From Alphaproteobacteria bacterium (GTDB lineage Bacteria; Pseudomonadota; Alphaproteobacteria; JAGOMX01), in contig JBGSQK010000063.1 in NCBI GenBank assembly GCA_041738135.1, forward strand, positions 2,319 through 66,318: 64,000 bases of DNA. The letters are read 5' to 3'. Shown here piece after piece: positions 32,511-42,707 of the stretch. The translations under genes were made by a program, and so were the position numbers. Within the stretch, counting starts at the first letter, position 1; each line of letters starts with the position of its first letter. Under the pieces are notes generated by a model that searched no databases, had not been told where the DNA came from, and saw nothing but the letters and a program-made list of their open reading frames with translations.

Positions 32511-33404
32511 ATGCGAATTCTGTGTGCATTATTGTTGTCAATTTTCTTACACGATGCCACCTGCGCTAGTACGCCTGAAACTCACGCTGAAGAACCGTTA
32601 AAGCCTGGTGCCGCTATTCCATTTGACGCATGGCCGCTTGATATGCTGATTATGCGTGAAAATGAGCTGAGGGCTAAGGTCGATGTAGATGAGAAATCCA
32701 TCAACAGGGCTCTTTCAGCGGCAATTGATGATCTTCTCAGGCAGGCAAAAGTCTATTATAGGACAGCTGCGGTTTTGAGCTACAGTAGTAAAATTATAGG
32801 TGGGGCAGGGCCTATTGCTCTTATTCTAGCTACTGCCTTCAATGCTCCTACATTTGCCAATTATATTATTGGTGCTTTAACCTCTGTTGCGGTTCCTATG
32901 TACCACTTTTCTGAACAAGCCAAAGCTGCGGGGACCGATTTAGATAAGGAAGCTATTAGAAAACATAGTGATGATATTGTGGAATATCAAAAAATCAGAT
33001 TAGCTAGAAAGAAAAAAGAAGCAGCTGAGGCTGTGCAAGCTGTGCAGGATCAGGCACTCAATAACGAAAAGGTTTTGCGTGTTTTAAGAACTGTTTATCA
33101 TTATGTAACGGGTTCTGCAAAACTTGATGAGGGTGACGAAGAGCTTGACGATATGGAGAGAGGAATGTTACTTGCATTTTCCCCCCCAAAAGAAGTTCCT
33201 GCTGCTGATGAAAAAGGTAAGGATGATGTAGTTGGATATCAATCAGGTAAGGCGCCGCCGCCCGCTAAATCTCCAGGAACCTTGAAACGTAGAGCTAAAC
33301 ACAAAGCTAATATGGCTACAGCAAAACCCAAACCTCAAACGACAGCTCAGATGGAGGCGGTAAATATTCCGCCAAGCATGCCAACGGAATCTGATAACAA
33401 ATAG
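32511..33404 (+). CDS. Hypothetical secreted protein with an internal two-TM hairpin
   Basis: SD GGAGG; signal peptide; hydrophobic hairpin at residues ~95-130; basic/Pro-rich tail. Confidence 0.75.
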   Translation: MRILCALLLSIFLHDATCASTPETHAEEPLKPGAAIPFDAWPLDMLIMRENELRAKVDVDEKSINRALSAAIDDLLRQAKVYYRTAAVLSYSSKIIGGAGPIALILATAFNAPTFANYIIGALTSVAVPMYHFSEQAKAAGTDLDKEAIRKHSDDIVEYQKIRLARKKKEAAEAVQAVQDQALNNEKVLRVLRTVYHYVTGSAKLDEGDEELDDMERGMLLAFSPPKEVPAADEKGKDDVVGYQSGKAPPPAKSPGTLKRRAKHKANMATAKPKPQTTAQMEAVNIPPSMPTESDNK

Positions 33405-33501
33405 AAGGAGTTAACATATGTGAAGCGGCGAGCCCCTTTTGTAAAACTTGGAACTCTGCTATCCTATTTAGAAAACAATAATCAATATAAGGGAGAATGG
33501 T

Positions 33502-35109
33502 ATGCATAAAATAGTATCTTTGACAGCAATCCTCGTTTCAATAATTTCTAACTCTTCTAATGCTTCAAAGCAAACACCAGCATGGGTCAATAGTGCTGAG
33601 CCACCTCGTCAGAAAATGCAAGTATCATCTGAAACATACGTTCCGGCTACGGGTAAAAAAGCACGAGCCAAGCAAGAGCAAGCAATCCAAAAGATATCAG
33701 AAGAGGAAGCTCGTTTGGATAGGCTGCGTGAGGAGGCTGATTTAATAATCAAACAAAAGCAAGAAGCTGAGCAAACATTAGCCGATTTTCAAGCATATAT
33801 ATTGCAGAATCAAAGTGAGTTGCAGAAATTAAAAGAGCAGAAAACATCCGATCAGAGAGTGCTTGAGGAAAATGCAAAGCAAAAGTCGGCCCTTGAACAA
33901 GCCGCCTTGCAGATGGAAGCAGAGAAACGCAAAGAGGAAGAATCACTACAGCAATTGATGTCGCAGAATATTGCTTTGCAGAGATCTATCCAAAGTATGG
34001 AACAGCACTTAGCGTTGCAGCTATCTGCTAGTGATAGCATTAATAAAACAATGCAAGTGGCTGAGGAAGCACAAGCGGTCAATAATTCCAATGTGGTTGA
34101 AAGCAAGCAAGCTCTCGTGATGCCCGCTGAGCTGGGAGGGAATGTGGCGAGTGCTAACGTTTCTCAAACGGTTGAGGCAGCACAAGCTGTTGTGGTGGCT
34201 GACAAGAAGGTGGAGGTTACTAGTGTTAACCAGAAGGTAGATGCCACAGCACCGACAGCACCCGTTATAGTAGAAAAGAAAGTGGATGCGGCAACTTCTG
34301 AAAGTGACGAAGTGAGGGGGCTTGTGCAAATAAACCTAGCAAGTGCGCCTATAAGCAGAGGAATAGGTTATTTGACCCAAGCTTATTATTTCGTAAACAA
34401 TAATCTGAGCAGGGCATGGACGTCTGAAAAGGACCGGTATGCTCCTGGCACATATCCGCCTCTCACTTATGTTAGCGTGCTTAATACACTTAAGTCTAAA
34501 TGGTTCCCCAAGAAAACGGAACCTGAGTTGCTGCAGTTGAGCAAAAAAGACATGCATTTTTCTCTTCAGCCCATTCATTTCAGCTCGGCCCAGCATCCTG
34601 GCGGCTATTTTGTGCCTGTGGGTGTTACATGTGGCAAATTGACCATTGAAATAAGCGATTCCAATATAAGAAAATTAATCGTGGGGTCCGATAAAGGCAC
34701 TTTGGAAGAAAAGAGCAAACAGATTTATTTGGCCTACATCAAGTCGCTGAAAACGGCCAATGAAAAGTTTGATATGGCAGCTTATAATCCCAACTACGAT
34801 GACCAAGAATCGTCTTTAAAGCCTTACGAATTCTATCTAGCCATGCGACCCTATTTGGACGAGCAAAGTGATAACCAACCTTTTTACCGGGATATTCAAT
34901 TTTGCAGAAGACCAAATCATACTAAGCATGGGTATACTTTGCTAACTTTGCGTTTGCTAGCTTTTGATGATAAGAAGGGTTATGCGGTGCATTGGTCTAT
35001 TTATGGTTATCGTGTGGATCACAAAATCCCTGAAGAAACATTGCAACGCTTTGTTATGGGGCTACAGCAGTTTGAAAATGATGACTGGCTTGTTAAATTA
35101 GGCGTTTAA
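33502..35109 (+). CDS. Hypothetical secreted coiled-coil protein
   Basis: Signal peptide (SNA|SK), Q/E/K-rich coiled coil, low-complexity linker, globular C-terminus. Confidence 0.78.
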   Translation: MHKIVSLTAILVSIISNSSNASKQTPAWVNSAEPPRQKMQVSSETYVPATGKKARAKQEQAIQKISEEEARLDRLREEADLIIKQKQEAEQTLADFQAYILQNQSELQKLKEQKTSDQRVLEENAKQKSALEQAALQMEAEKRKEEESLQQLMSQNIALQRSIQSMEQHLALQLSASDSINKTMQVAEEAQAVNNSNVVESKQALVMPAELGGNVASANVSQTVEAAQAVVVADKKVEVTSVNQKVDATAPTAPVIVEKKVDAATSESDEVRGLVQINLASAPISRGIGYLTQAYYFVNNNLSRAWTSEKDRYAPGTYPPLTYVSVLNTLKSKWFPKKTEPELLQLSKKDMHFSLQPIHFSSAQHPGGYFVPVGVTCGKLTIEISDSNIRKLIVGSDKGTLEEKSKQIYLAYIKSLKTANEKFDMAAYNPNYDDQESSLKPYEFYLAMRPYLDEQSDNQPFYRDIQFCRRPNHTKHGYTLLTLRLLAFDDKKGYAVHWSIYGYRVDHKIPEETLQRFVMGLQQFENDDWLVKLGV

Positions 35110-35110
35110 G

Positions 35111-35884
35111 ATGATGCTAACCGTCTTAGGTTGTGGTCCATCGGGCGGGGTTCCGCTGGTGGGAAATGTTTGGGGTTGTTGTGACCCCAACAACCCTAAA
35201 AACAGTCGGTTGCGAACCTCGCTTTTAATAGAGACTGAAGGTAAAAGGTTCTTGATTGATACCTCACCTGATATGCGACAGCAACTGCTGCGAGCGGAAG
35301 TGAATGGTTTGGATGCAATTTTATACACCCATGCCCATTCGGATCATCTGCATGGTATTGATGACCTGCGGCCGCTTTATTTTGGCGGAAAGAGGCAACC
35401 TTTTCCCATCTTTGGTACGCAAGCTACTTTGAGTGAAATTCAGGAACGGTTTGATTACATGTTTGCCTCTATTGAAGATCCTGATAAGGCAACCATATAT
35501 CCCCAAATATGTGTTCCACATGTGATTTCAGGCGAGTTCGAGGTTTTGGGAAACAAGGTTCAGGCATTTGATCAAGGTCATGGACATAGCATTACCACAG
35601 GCTATCGGTTTGACCGTTTTGCTTATTCGACGGATGTAAAAGCGCTGGATGATAATGCTCTTGAAATCCTGCAAGGCGTTGACGTTTGGTTTGTGGATTG
35701 TTTGTCCCGGGAGCCTCGTAATACCCATGCCCATTTGGATCTAGCTCTATCATGGATAGAACGACTTAAGCCAAAGTTGGCCATACTCATTCACATGAAT
35801 CATACAATGGACTATGAGTCTCTCAAATCTGAACTGCCCAAAGGTGTCGAGCCAGCTTATGATGGCATGGTCATCGAGGTTTAA
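35111..35884 (+). CDS. MBL-fold metallo-hydrolase (PhnP/YycJ-like)
   Basis: LGCGPSGGVP, THAHSDHLHG, AYSTD, PAYDG. Confidence 0.92.
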   Translation: MMLTVLGCGPSGGVPLVGNVWGCCDPNNPKNSRLRTSLLIETEGKRFLIDTSPDMRQQLLRAEVNGLDAILYTHAHSDHLHGIDDLRPLYFGGKRQPFPIFGTQATLSEIQERFDYMFASIEDPDKATIYPQICVPHVISGEFEVLGNKVQAFDQGHGHSITTGYRFDRFAYSTDVKALDDNALEILQGVDVWFVDCLSREPRNTHAHLDLALSWIERLKPKLAILIHMNHTMDYESLKSELPKGVEPAYDGMVIEV

Positions 35885-35904
35885 TATTATTTACTATCCG
35901 GTAT

Positions 35905-37476
35905 TCAGAGACGACCGGTTTGCAAAAATGTGGGAAGACTGGATGACGGCCGGTTTTCCTGATTATAGCGAACAAGGCTATCTTGCCAGGCCATACATAA
36001 TGCAGCGCTCCGGATGATCATTTTTAGACCTTCGATAGAATCATCCTCTAGAAGGGGTGCGTTACTTAACAATAGGAATCTGAAGTTGGAGTATGCATAT
36101 TGGCCCGCATCATATATATCTATTATGGCTGATGTCTCCTCATCCTCTTGACCATATAAGTCTCTGTTTATAGCATTATTAAGATTCTGGAGTTCATTGA
36201 ATACAGTTATAGAATAGTCTATGGCCTGATCAAGGTTGTAGTTTCCATTGTTTGCTGCTTCAATTTTTTCAAAGTATGTGTTGATCGTATCAGCCGGTAT
36301 GCTGTCGAAAGAATTGCGGATTTGAGTTATAAGACCACTTTTATTGCTTAAATCAGCTAGTGTGAAATTCGATTCTCTAAAGCCCCATAGAAATCTGCAG
36401 TCCTGAACTAAATAAGCTTTTAAAAATACGTCCAAATTGTTTACAGAAGACATCTGGCATAAATTTGGCAGGTCGTAAGGTGTGATGGTTTCTTTTGTAA
36501 GGGCCAGCATGTCCATACGAATGATGTCAGCATTAGATCCCGTTAAGTATTGGTAAGCAACAAATGTGTCGCGCAGCTTTGAGATGACGCCAAGAACCAA
36601 GTTGTGCTGTGTAAATGCATCAAAGTGAGTTTTAAATTCTTGTGCTTCCTGGCTCTGCCTTCCTTTAATGGTAGGCCAACTTTTCATTGCATCTGTTTCC
36701 AACTTTTGCACGAATGCGAAATAATTCTCTATAATTTCTATGTGTGCAGCAAATTTATTACTAACTTTATCCAGCTTCCAGAAAAAGGGACCTAGCGTGT
36801 TATTAGTGCGGTCTTCTAGAGCTTTAGTAAAATAAGTATGCATCCAGAATTTTAGAGCGAGAAATTTGCGTTGTGCATTCATTAGGCCTGTGTTTGTGTT
36901 TTCTAATAGCGGGCACCCTCTGGCAAGGTCGTTTTGTTTAATGAGAGCCTCAAATAACGGTAACCCCCTGATTTTGAGAGGATCGTTATAATCGGCATCT
37001 TTCCCCATCACTACTCTTACTGAGAAATTTAGGTTTCTCATTACATGTGTCTGAATCTGCGATAATTCCATTTCGCTTGGATGATTTAGACCGAAATAAA
37101 AAGAGCTTTGCTGTTTGATTTTATTTTCTAACTTGTCTAGGTTCATGGTGGTTTCCGACAAGCTTTTTGTGTGAGCACCAGACATGGTTCTTACTTCATC
37201 CAAGCTAACAAAATTTTGAGGAATAAAAGGTCGGTTTTGGATTCCATATTTATTTTCCCTCATTATTACGATTACGGGAGGTGTTAATGCAGCATTGCGA
37301 TGCTTCTTGACAGGTGCTGCTAAATTGCCAAATTCTGAATTATCATGGTCGCGTTTACCTGGTGATATGGAGCTATTCTCGTCATCAGGCATATTTTCAC
37401 TAGCAATCACCATATCATTTAAGGTAATGACTGTTATTCCCACAGAAGCAATTCTTTTTAAGATATTTACGGTCAT
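35905..37476 (-). CDS. Hypothetical secreted protein with a bipartite NLS-like motif
   Basis: 523-aa ORF; signal-like N-terminus (VIA|SE); KRDHDNSEFGNLAAPVKKHR. Confidence 0.72.
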   Translation of the reverse strand: MTVNILKRIASVGITVITLNDMVIASENMPDDENSSISPGKRDHDNSEFGNLAAPVKKHRNAALTPPVIVIMRENKYGIQNRPFIPQNFVSLDEVRTMSGAHTKSLSETTMNLDKLENKIKQQSSFYFGLNHPSEMELSQIQTHVMRNLNFSVRVVMGKDADYNDPLKIRGLPLFEALIKQNDLARGCPLLENTNTGLMNAQRKFLALKFWMHTYFTKALEDRTNNTLGPFFWKLDKVSNKFAAHIEIIENYFAFVQKLETDAMKSWPTIKGRQSQEAQEFKTHFDAFTQHNLVLGVISKLRDTFVAYQYLTGSNADIIRMDMLALTKETITPYDLPNLCQMSSVNNLDVFLKAYLVQDCRFLWGFRESNFTLADLSNKSGLITQIRNSFDSIPADTINTYFEKIEAANNGNYNLDQAIDYSITVFNELQNLNNAINRDLYGQEDEETSAIIDIYDAGQYAYSNFRFLLLSNAPLLEDDSIEGLKMIIRSAALCMAWQDSLVRYNQENRPSSSLPTFLQTGRL

Positions 37477-37499
37477 TCTATAATCAAATCCACATCTAA

Positions 37500-37841
37500 T
37501 TAAAATCTAAGTTTTCTTTTCGCGTAAGGTACAGCGCCGGGTTCATTGTTAAAGTAGATGATTTCATTGTTGCCTCCCTCCACATGGAGTGGGTCCAAAT
37601 CATCCATTTCGTATTCTAAGAATTCATCCAGATTTTGTCTTTTAAATCTAGATCTTTCATTTAAAGGCCTGGTATTCAAAGGTGTATCCGGGTCTTTTTT
37701 CTTATCCTTAGTGGCAGATCGCAGCCTCTTTTTAATCTCCACATTTTGGTCTAATCCTTCGACAGATGCAAAGGACAGGCCTCCATGCACGATAAATATG
37801 AAGCCAACTACGTAATAAAATAAAACACGTGAAAATATCAT
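37500..37841 (-). CDS. Small hypothetical secreted basic protein
   Basis: Signal peptide (SFA|SV); KKRLRSATKDKKK and C-terminal KRKLRF. Confidence 0.6.
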   Translation of the reverse strand: MIFSRVLFYYVVGFIFIVHGGLSFASVEGLDQNVEIKKRLRSATKDKKKDPDTPLNTRPLNERSRFKRQNLDEFLEYEMDDLDPLHVEGGNNEIIYFNNEPGAVPYAKRKLRF

Positions 37842-38114
37842 TTTCTAAACCAAACAAACTAACAATACATAATATATAGATACTTAAATGAAAAAGCGCA
37901 AGCAAATAAAGGAAAATTATTTGCCAGATAAATTATGATAAATTTTAGATAAATTGCATTTAAAAAGCGAGGTTATGCCTGTGGGTCTATATCAGTTCTG
38001 TTTATGTGTATAATTGTAAAATCTGCTTCACAAAAAAATGCTTCCATAAAAACTTGCATTAAAAATGAATATCTTTATATATCTGCATAAACGCAGTTAT
38101 TATAGGATGTTATA

Positions 38115-39260
38115 ATGTTAATTAGAATTTTGTTATGTTTGTCAGTATTCAATATTGTGTGCACGTCTGACGTAAGTGCCAGTAAGGTCGGTGTGTTTTG
38201 TGACGGACCTGGGTCATCATATATTGATCCAGAATCAATTATGCTGAAACCGATCAAAACCCTCAATAATAAGGGGGTGCAGTTTAATCATCTGGGGCCA
38301 TTTGAAGAGCATTTCTTAGAAGACTGTGCGTCTGCTGAGAGAAATATCGTCGGTACACCATCAAATGGTTTTCCTGGCGCCAATATACTTATGTTGGGTG
38401 AAGCTTTTGGCAGAATGCCTTTGAAGGTTTATCGTCAGACCATTTTCGCAAACATTTATGCCAACGACCTTTCAGCAGATAATCTTAGCCATTTGGTCAA
38501 AAAAATTGCGATCATGAAAAATGAAGGTTCTGTCGTTGAAAAATGTATGGCAGGCAGAATTTATCCTGTAGTGGGTGATTGCTTAGATTTGAATGCCAAT
38601 GAGCAGATAACAAAATTGCTTTATAACGGGGCATTGAACAATAGCATGGACCTAATCATATGTTCAAATGTGATACATTTTTTTGATGGTCAGAGGCTTC
38701 TCCAGTTCTTTTTGAATACATATAACTGGTTAAAGCCAGGCGGTAGAGCCCATATTTTATGCCGATCAAAGTTAGAAGCTCCAAGATTAGACAGCTGCAC
38801 TTCTTCAGGAGTAATTATGATTTATGTGAGTAGCATTCTTATGAATGCAGCCATTAAAAATAGGGTATGCATGCTTCCTGGTTTATTTAAGGAATCTTGG
38901 CTGGACGAGGCAGAAAGAAAAAGAGCTGGTTGTAATATTACAATTCAAGAGCGGACATTGAAGCTCTTTGCTAAGAAGATGGGATTCGAGGTCGCATGTA
39001 GTAAAACATATTCAAACGTGACTGTGAGAGGTAGCAATGTGCTCGATTTTGCAGAGGATGCTGATGGAATGTTTTGTGGTCTTGTTTTGGTTAAGCCAAA
39101 AAAAGCTGGTGACAAAGTAATCTCAGAAAAGGATCTGGACCCTAATTTTGTCCAAGATTGCCTGACGTCAGAAGCGAAAATGGCCTCATTTGTGGCTAAC
39201 AACTTTGTGTTTACTACTGAAGCACCTTGGTTGGTTCCTAAGGGTTCTAAACGAAAATAA
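38115..39260 (+). CDS. Secreted class I SAM-dependent methyltransferase-like protein
   Basis: Signal peptide (VSA|SK); ILMLGEAFGR, YANDLS, DLIICSNVIHFF, WLKPGG. Confidence 0.8.
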   Translation: MLIRILLCLSVFNIVCTSDVSASKVGVFCDGPGSSYIDPESIMLKPIKTLNNKGVQFNHLGPFEEHFLEDCASAERNIVGTPSNGFPGANILMLGEAFGRMPLKVYRQTIFANIYANDLSADNLSHLVKKIAIMKNEGSVVEKCMAGRIYPVVGDCLDLNANEQITKLLYNGALNNSMDLIICSNVIHFFDGQRLLQFFLNTYNWLKPGGRAHILCRSKLEAPRLDSCTSSGVIMIYVSSILMNAAIKNRVCMLPGLFKESWLDEAERKRAGCNITIQERTLKLFAKKMGFEVACSKTYSNVTVRGSNVLDFAEDADGMFCGLVLVKPKKAGDKVISEKDLDPNFVQDCLTSEAKMASFVANNFVFTTEAPWLVPKGSKRK

Positions 39261-39265
39261 TATTC

Positions 39266-39910
39266 TTAAGTATTTTGCGTTTGGATAACCAAATCGTCGC
39301 CCCGTTGCACAACATCCACGCGTCTAGCCACTTGTGCGGATAGATTCTGCACCAAATAAGCTTGAATGGTGCGGGGAGTTAATTCATCTTCCATGCGACC
39401 GTTTTGGATGATGTCGCGCACATCTTCGTGTAAGGTGATGAGCCTTCCGGATAATATGAGCTGTAGTTGCGGTTCGGGATGATTGCCAGTACTGACAGTA
39501 ATGGTTCCGCCATAGGGGAGGGCCTCAAGGCTAACGGAAAAAAGATTTGCCAGAAGCTGCGCCCAAACCTTAAGAAGGGCTTGATCCGACAAGTAAGCTT
39601 CCGGAAAGTCTATGGTGTAGGTATACTTTTTTGGATCGACAGCCTGCGACAACATATTTTGAATTTCGTTTAAGCTAGAGAGCGTGGATGACGCACCTAT
39701 ACCGAATGCAAATCTATATAGCATGAGTCTTCTGGCGCATTCAGCTGCACTCAACCTGAGAAGGTCAATGATCTCACCATAGTCACCATCTTTTTGTTCT
39801 TCAAGGAGCTCTAGACCGCTGAGAACGGCACCCACAGGGGTTATCAAGTCATGACAGATACGTGAGCACAATAAGCGACCGGAATATAAATCTTTCACTT
39901 TAGCCTCCAA
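39266..39910 (-). CDS. chpT: Histidine phosphotransferase ChpT
   Basis: LLCSRICHDLITPVGAVLSGLELL, YRFAFG, ALPYGG, PRTIQAY. Confidence 0.9.
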   Translation of the reverse strand: MEAKVKDLYSGRLLCSRICHDLITPVGAVLSGLELLEEQKDGDYGEIIDLLRLSAAECARRLMLYRFAFGIGASSTLSSLNEIQNMLSQAVDPKKYTYTIDFPEAYLSDQALLKVWAQLLANLFSVSLEALPYGGTITVSTGNHPEPQLQLILSGRLITLHEDVRDIIQNGRMEDELTPRTIQAYLVQNLSAQVARRVDVVQRGDDLVIQTQNT

Positions 39911-40012
39911 ATTTTTTTGCGAGCGGTAAGCCTTGCCTGAAGGGCGTTACCAGCTATCTCTTTGAAATGAGTATACTCTAATTTAAATAAAATGACAGCT
40001 ATCTCTTGCATG

Positions 40013-40027
40013 TTAATACACTTTTAA
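40013..40027. promoter_or_regulatory. CtrA-type box in the chpT/M23 divergent promoter
   Basis: (G)TTAA-tacactt-TTAA. Confidence 0.65.
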
Positions 40028-40069
40028 TGTAAGTTTGACAGTGAGAGTTAACCCAACATAAGAGAGCCA

Positions 40070-41392
40070 ATGAAGCGCAACGACATCCATCGCTGGTCAG
40101 CAAGTGCAGTATGTTTCCTGTTAGCCATAACCCTAACTTCCTATGAGTTCTATACTCATTTCAGCGAACCCGAAGAGGTTGAACCCATTGTGGTGGCCGA
40201 AGTTGAGACACTGCAAGTCACGCCCGTGGAAGAGGTGGATCTCGTTACCACAGTTAGTCTTAAAGTAGGTGAGGGGGATACTCTTGCCAGTATATTGAAG
40301 CGTAGTAAAATTTCTTCACAAGAAATTCATCTGCTTACCAAATCAATTCGTGAGCATTATAAGCCTAAAGATTTAAAACCAGGTCTTGAGATTGAGGTGA
40401 CACTGGAAAAATTAAGTCAAGATGATCCTAATCCTATAATTCAGGAGCTTAAGGTCAGGCCTTCATTAGAGTATGAAGTTACTGCCGTTCGTACGGATAA
40501 AAACACTTTCGAATGCGAAAAGCGGCCCATACGTCTGATCGAAGAACGCCGTTGGGCAGAGGCCACCATTGATGGCAGCCTCTCTGAAGCAGCCAACCGA
40601 AGTGGCGTGCCTCATCAAATTCTGCAGAACATGATCACTGCCTTTAGTCATACTGTGGACTTTCAGCGCGGCATTAAAGAGGGTGACAAGTTTGGATTGA
40701 TGTATACCGTTTTCACGGATCCAGAAACTGGACGTCAACGTCCGGGTAGTTTGTTGTATGGTGCTTTGACCACTGACGGTAAGCCAAATCACATTTACCG
40801 CTATAAACCAAAGAACGGTGTTTTGGGCTATTACAATGAAAAGGGCGAGAGCTTAGGCAAAAGTAAGGGCCTCATGAAGACTCCTGTGGATGGTGCGCGT
40901 CTTTCCAGCGGTTTTGGTCACAGGCATCATCCTGTTCTAGGATACACAAAGCATCACAAGGGCGTAGACTTCGCATGCCCCGTAGGTACACCAATCATGG
41001 CCGCCGGTGATGGCGTTGTTGAGCATGTGGGCATGCGTGGGGCTTACGGAAACTATGTGCGTATTCGTCATAACAATGGTTATAAGACTGCTTATGCGCA
41101 CTTGAGCCGTTATGCTAAGGACTTGCGTCGTGGTCAGCACGTGAGCCAAGGTAAGATTATTGGTTATGTGGGTAAAACAGGTCGCACCACCGGTGCTCAC
41201 CTGCATTATGAAGTATTGGTCGCTGACAAGCAGATCAATCCGTTAAGCGTAAAAGCTATGCCTGCTGCTAAACTCACTGGCAAGCAGAATGAAGATTTCC
41301 AACGGACAAAACGCGACTGTGATCAGCAATATGCGAAGCTGAAGGAGAGCACAGCGCTTGCCTATGCCGGCGATGGTGCGAATCGCGGGTAA
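40070..41392 (+). CDS. M23-family peptidoglycan DD-endopeptidase
   Basis: N-terminal TM; HKGVDF, YGNYV, YAHLS, TGAHLHYEV. Confidence 0.93.
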   Translation: MKRNDIHRWSASAVCFLLAITLTSYEFYTHFSEPEEVEPIVVAEVETLQVTPVEEVDLVTTVSLKVGEGDTLASILKRSKISSQEIHLLTKSIREHYKPKDLKPGLEIEVTLEKLSQDDPNPIIQELKVRPSLEYEVTAVRTDKNTFECEKRPIRLIEERRWAEATIDGSLSEAANRSGVPHQILQNMITAFSHTVDFQRGIKEGDKFGLMYTVFTDPETGRQRPGSLLYGALTTDGKPNHIYRYKPKNGVLGYYNEKGESLGKSKGLMKTPVDGARLSSGFGHRHHPVLGYTKHHKGVDFACPVGTPIMAAGDGVVEHVGMRGAYGNYVRIRHNNGYKTAYAHLSRYAKDLRRGQHVSQGKIIGYVGKTGRTTGAHLHYEVLVADKQINPLSVKAMPAAKLTGKQNEDFQRTKRDCDQQYAKLKESTALAYAGDGANRG

Positions 41393-41455
41393 TGTTGTTG
41401 ATCTGTAGATGCAGTCCCCCTCGATTTACGTAAAAAGTAGACAATTCCCAAAATA

Positions 41456-41538
41456 CGTCATCCAGAGCGCAGCTCCGCATAGCGGAGTAAGCGTGGGATC
41501 CAGCAAATGAGCGTCGCGTAGCGACTTCCGTATAGACA
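41456..41538. repeat. Truncated REP/RPE-like element
   Basis: cgtcatcc...gggatccagc arm with an inserted hairpin, then core gcgtcgcgtagcgac..tatag similar to copies A and B; no second arm. Confidence 0.6.
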
Positions 41539-41623
41539 TATGGAACCGCATGAGTGCTGTCGTTAACAATATATTATTCATTTTCTGCCACACTGGTTAC
41601 ATGAATTCAACGAGGCGTATGAA

Positions 41624-42598
41624 ATGAAAGCTATTGTTTGCAAGGAATGGGGGCTGCCAGAAACACTGGTGATCGAAGATTTCCCTTCACAAAACCCTGG
41701 TCCAGGTGAAGTTAAAATTCGCATCCGGGCTGCAGGTGTAAATTTCCCAGACTATCTCATCATACAAAAAAAGTACCAAATCCAGCCGCCATTGCCTTTT
41801 ACGCCAGGTAGTGAAGTGGCCGGTGAAGTTATGGCTGTAGGGGAAGGTGTTACGCATGTGAAGCCCGGGGATAGAGTAAGCGCGTTCTGCAATCTAGGTG
41901 GCTTTGCTGAAGAAGTCATCGTCCTTGCGCCTGTTGCACAAGTTTTGCCAGCCAGTGTAAGTTTTGAAGTGGCTGCTGCATTTTCTCTTACCTACGGGAC
42001 CTCCATGCATGCCATTAAGGAGCGTGCTGTTATTCAACCAGGGGAAACCATGTTGGTTCTAGGGGCAGCCGGTGGAGTAGGGATTGCTGCTATCGAAATC
42101 GGTAAGGCCCTGGGCGCTCGGGTTATTGCGGCCGCTTCATCAGATGAAAGGATGGAGGCGTGCAAAGCGCATGGCGCTGACGAAGTCATCAACTATGAAG
42201 CGGAAGACTTGCGTGCCGCCATCAAGCGCGTCAATAACGATAAACCCGTAGATGTGGTCTACGACGCCGTAGGTGGCAAATTCGCTGAACCAGCCGTCAG
42301 GTCACTGGCCTGGAAGGGACGCTATCTCATCGTCGGTTTTGCCAGTGGGGATATTCCTTCCATCCCACTCAATCTTTTGTTGCTAAAAGGCAGTTCGTTG
42401 GTAGGCGTGTTCTGGGGAGACTTCGCCAAACGCGAGCCTGAGAAAAATGCTGCCAACATACTAGAGCTGGCTAACTGGCTGAAAGAGGGTAAGCTCAACC
42501 CACTGGTTAGTCATACCTACAAGCTAGAGGATACAGCGCAAGCACTCATTGATCTATCCAATCGTAAAGTGACTGGTAAGGCCGTTATATTGCCTTAG
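41624..42598 (+). CDS. NADPH:quinone oxidoreductase-family protein (MDR)
   Basis: GVNFPD, PFTPGSE, LGAAGGVG, GFASG. Confidence 0.92.
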   Translation: MKAIVCKEWGLPETLVIEDFPSQNPGPGEVKIRIRAAGVNFPDYLIIQKKYQIQPPLPFTPGSEVAGEVMAVGEGVTHVKPGDRVSAFCNLGGFAEEVIVLAPVAQVLPASVSFEVAAAFSLTYGTSMHAIKERAVIQPGETMLVLGAAGGVGIAAIEIGKALGARVIAAASSDERMEACKAHGADEVINYEAEDLRAAIKRVNNDKPVDVVYDAVGGKFAEPAVRSLAWKGRYLIVGFASGDIPSIPLNLLLLKGSSLVGVFWGDFAKREPEKNAANILELANWLKEGKLNPLVSHTYKLEDTAQALIDLSNRKVTGKAVILP

Positions 42599-42707
42599 AT
42601 GGTGATATGGAATTTAGCAATCATATGATTTTTTTTTTGGCCAGTTTTTTTATAAACTTCCCGGTCATTGCGTTTACCCATAAGTATGATTAATAACAAT
42701 ATGCGTG

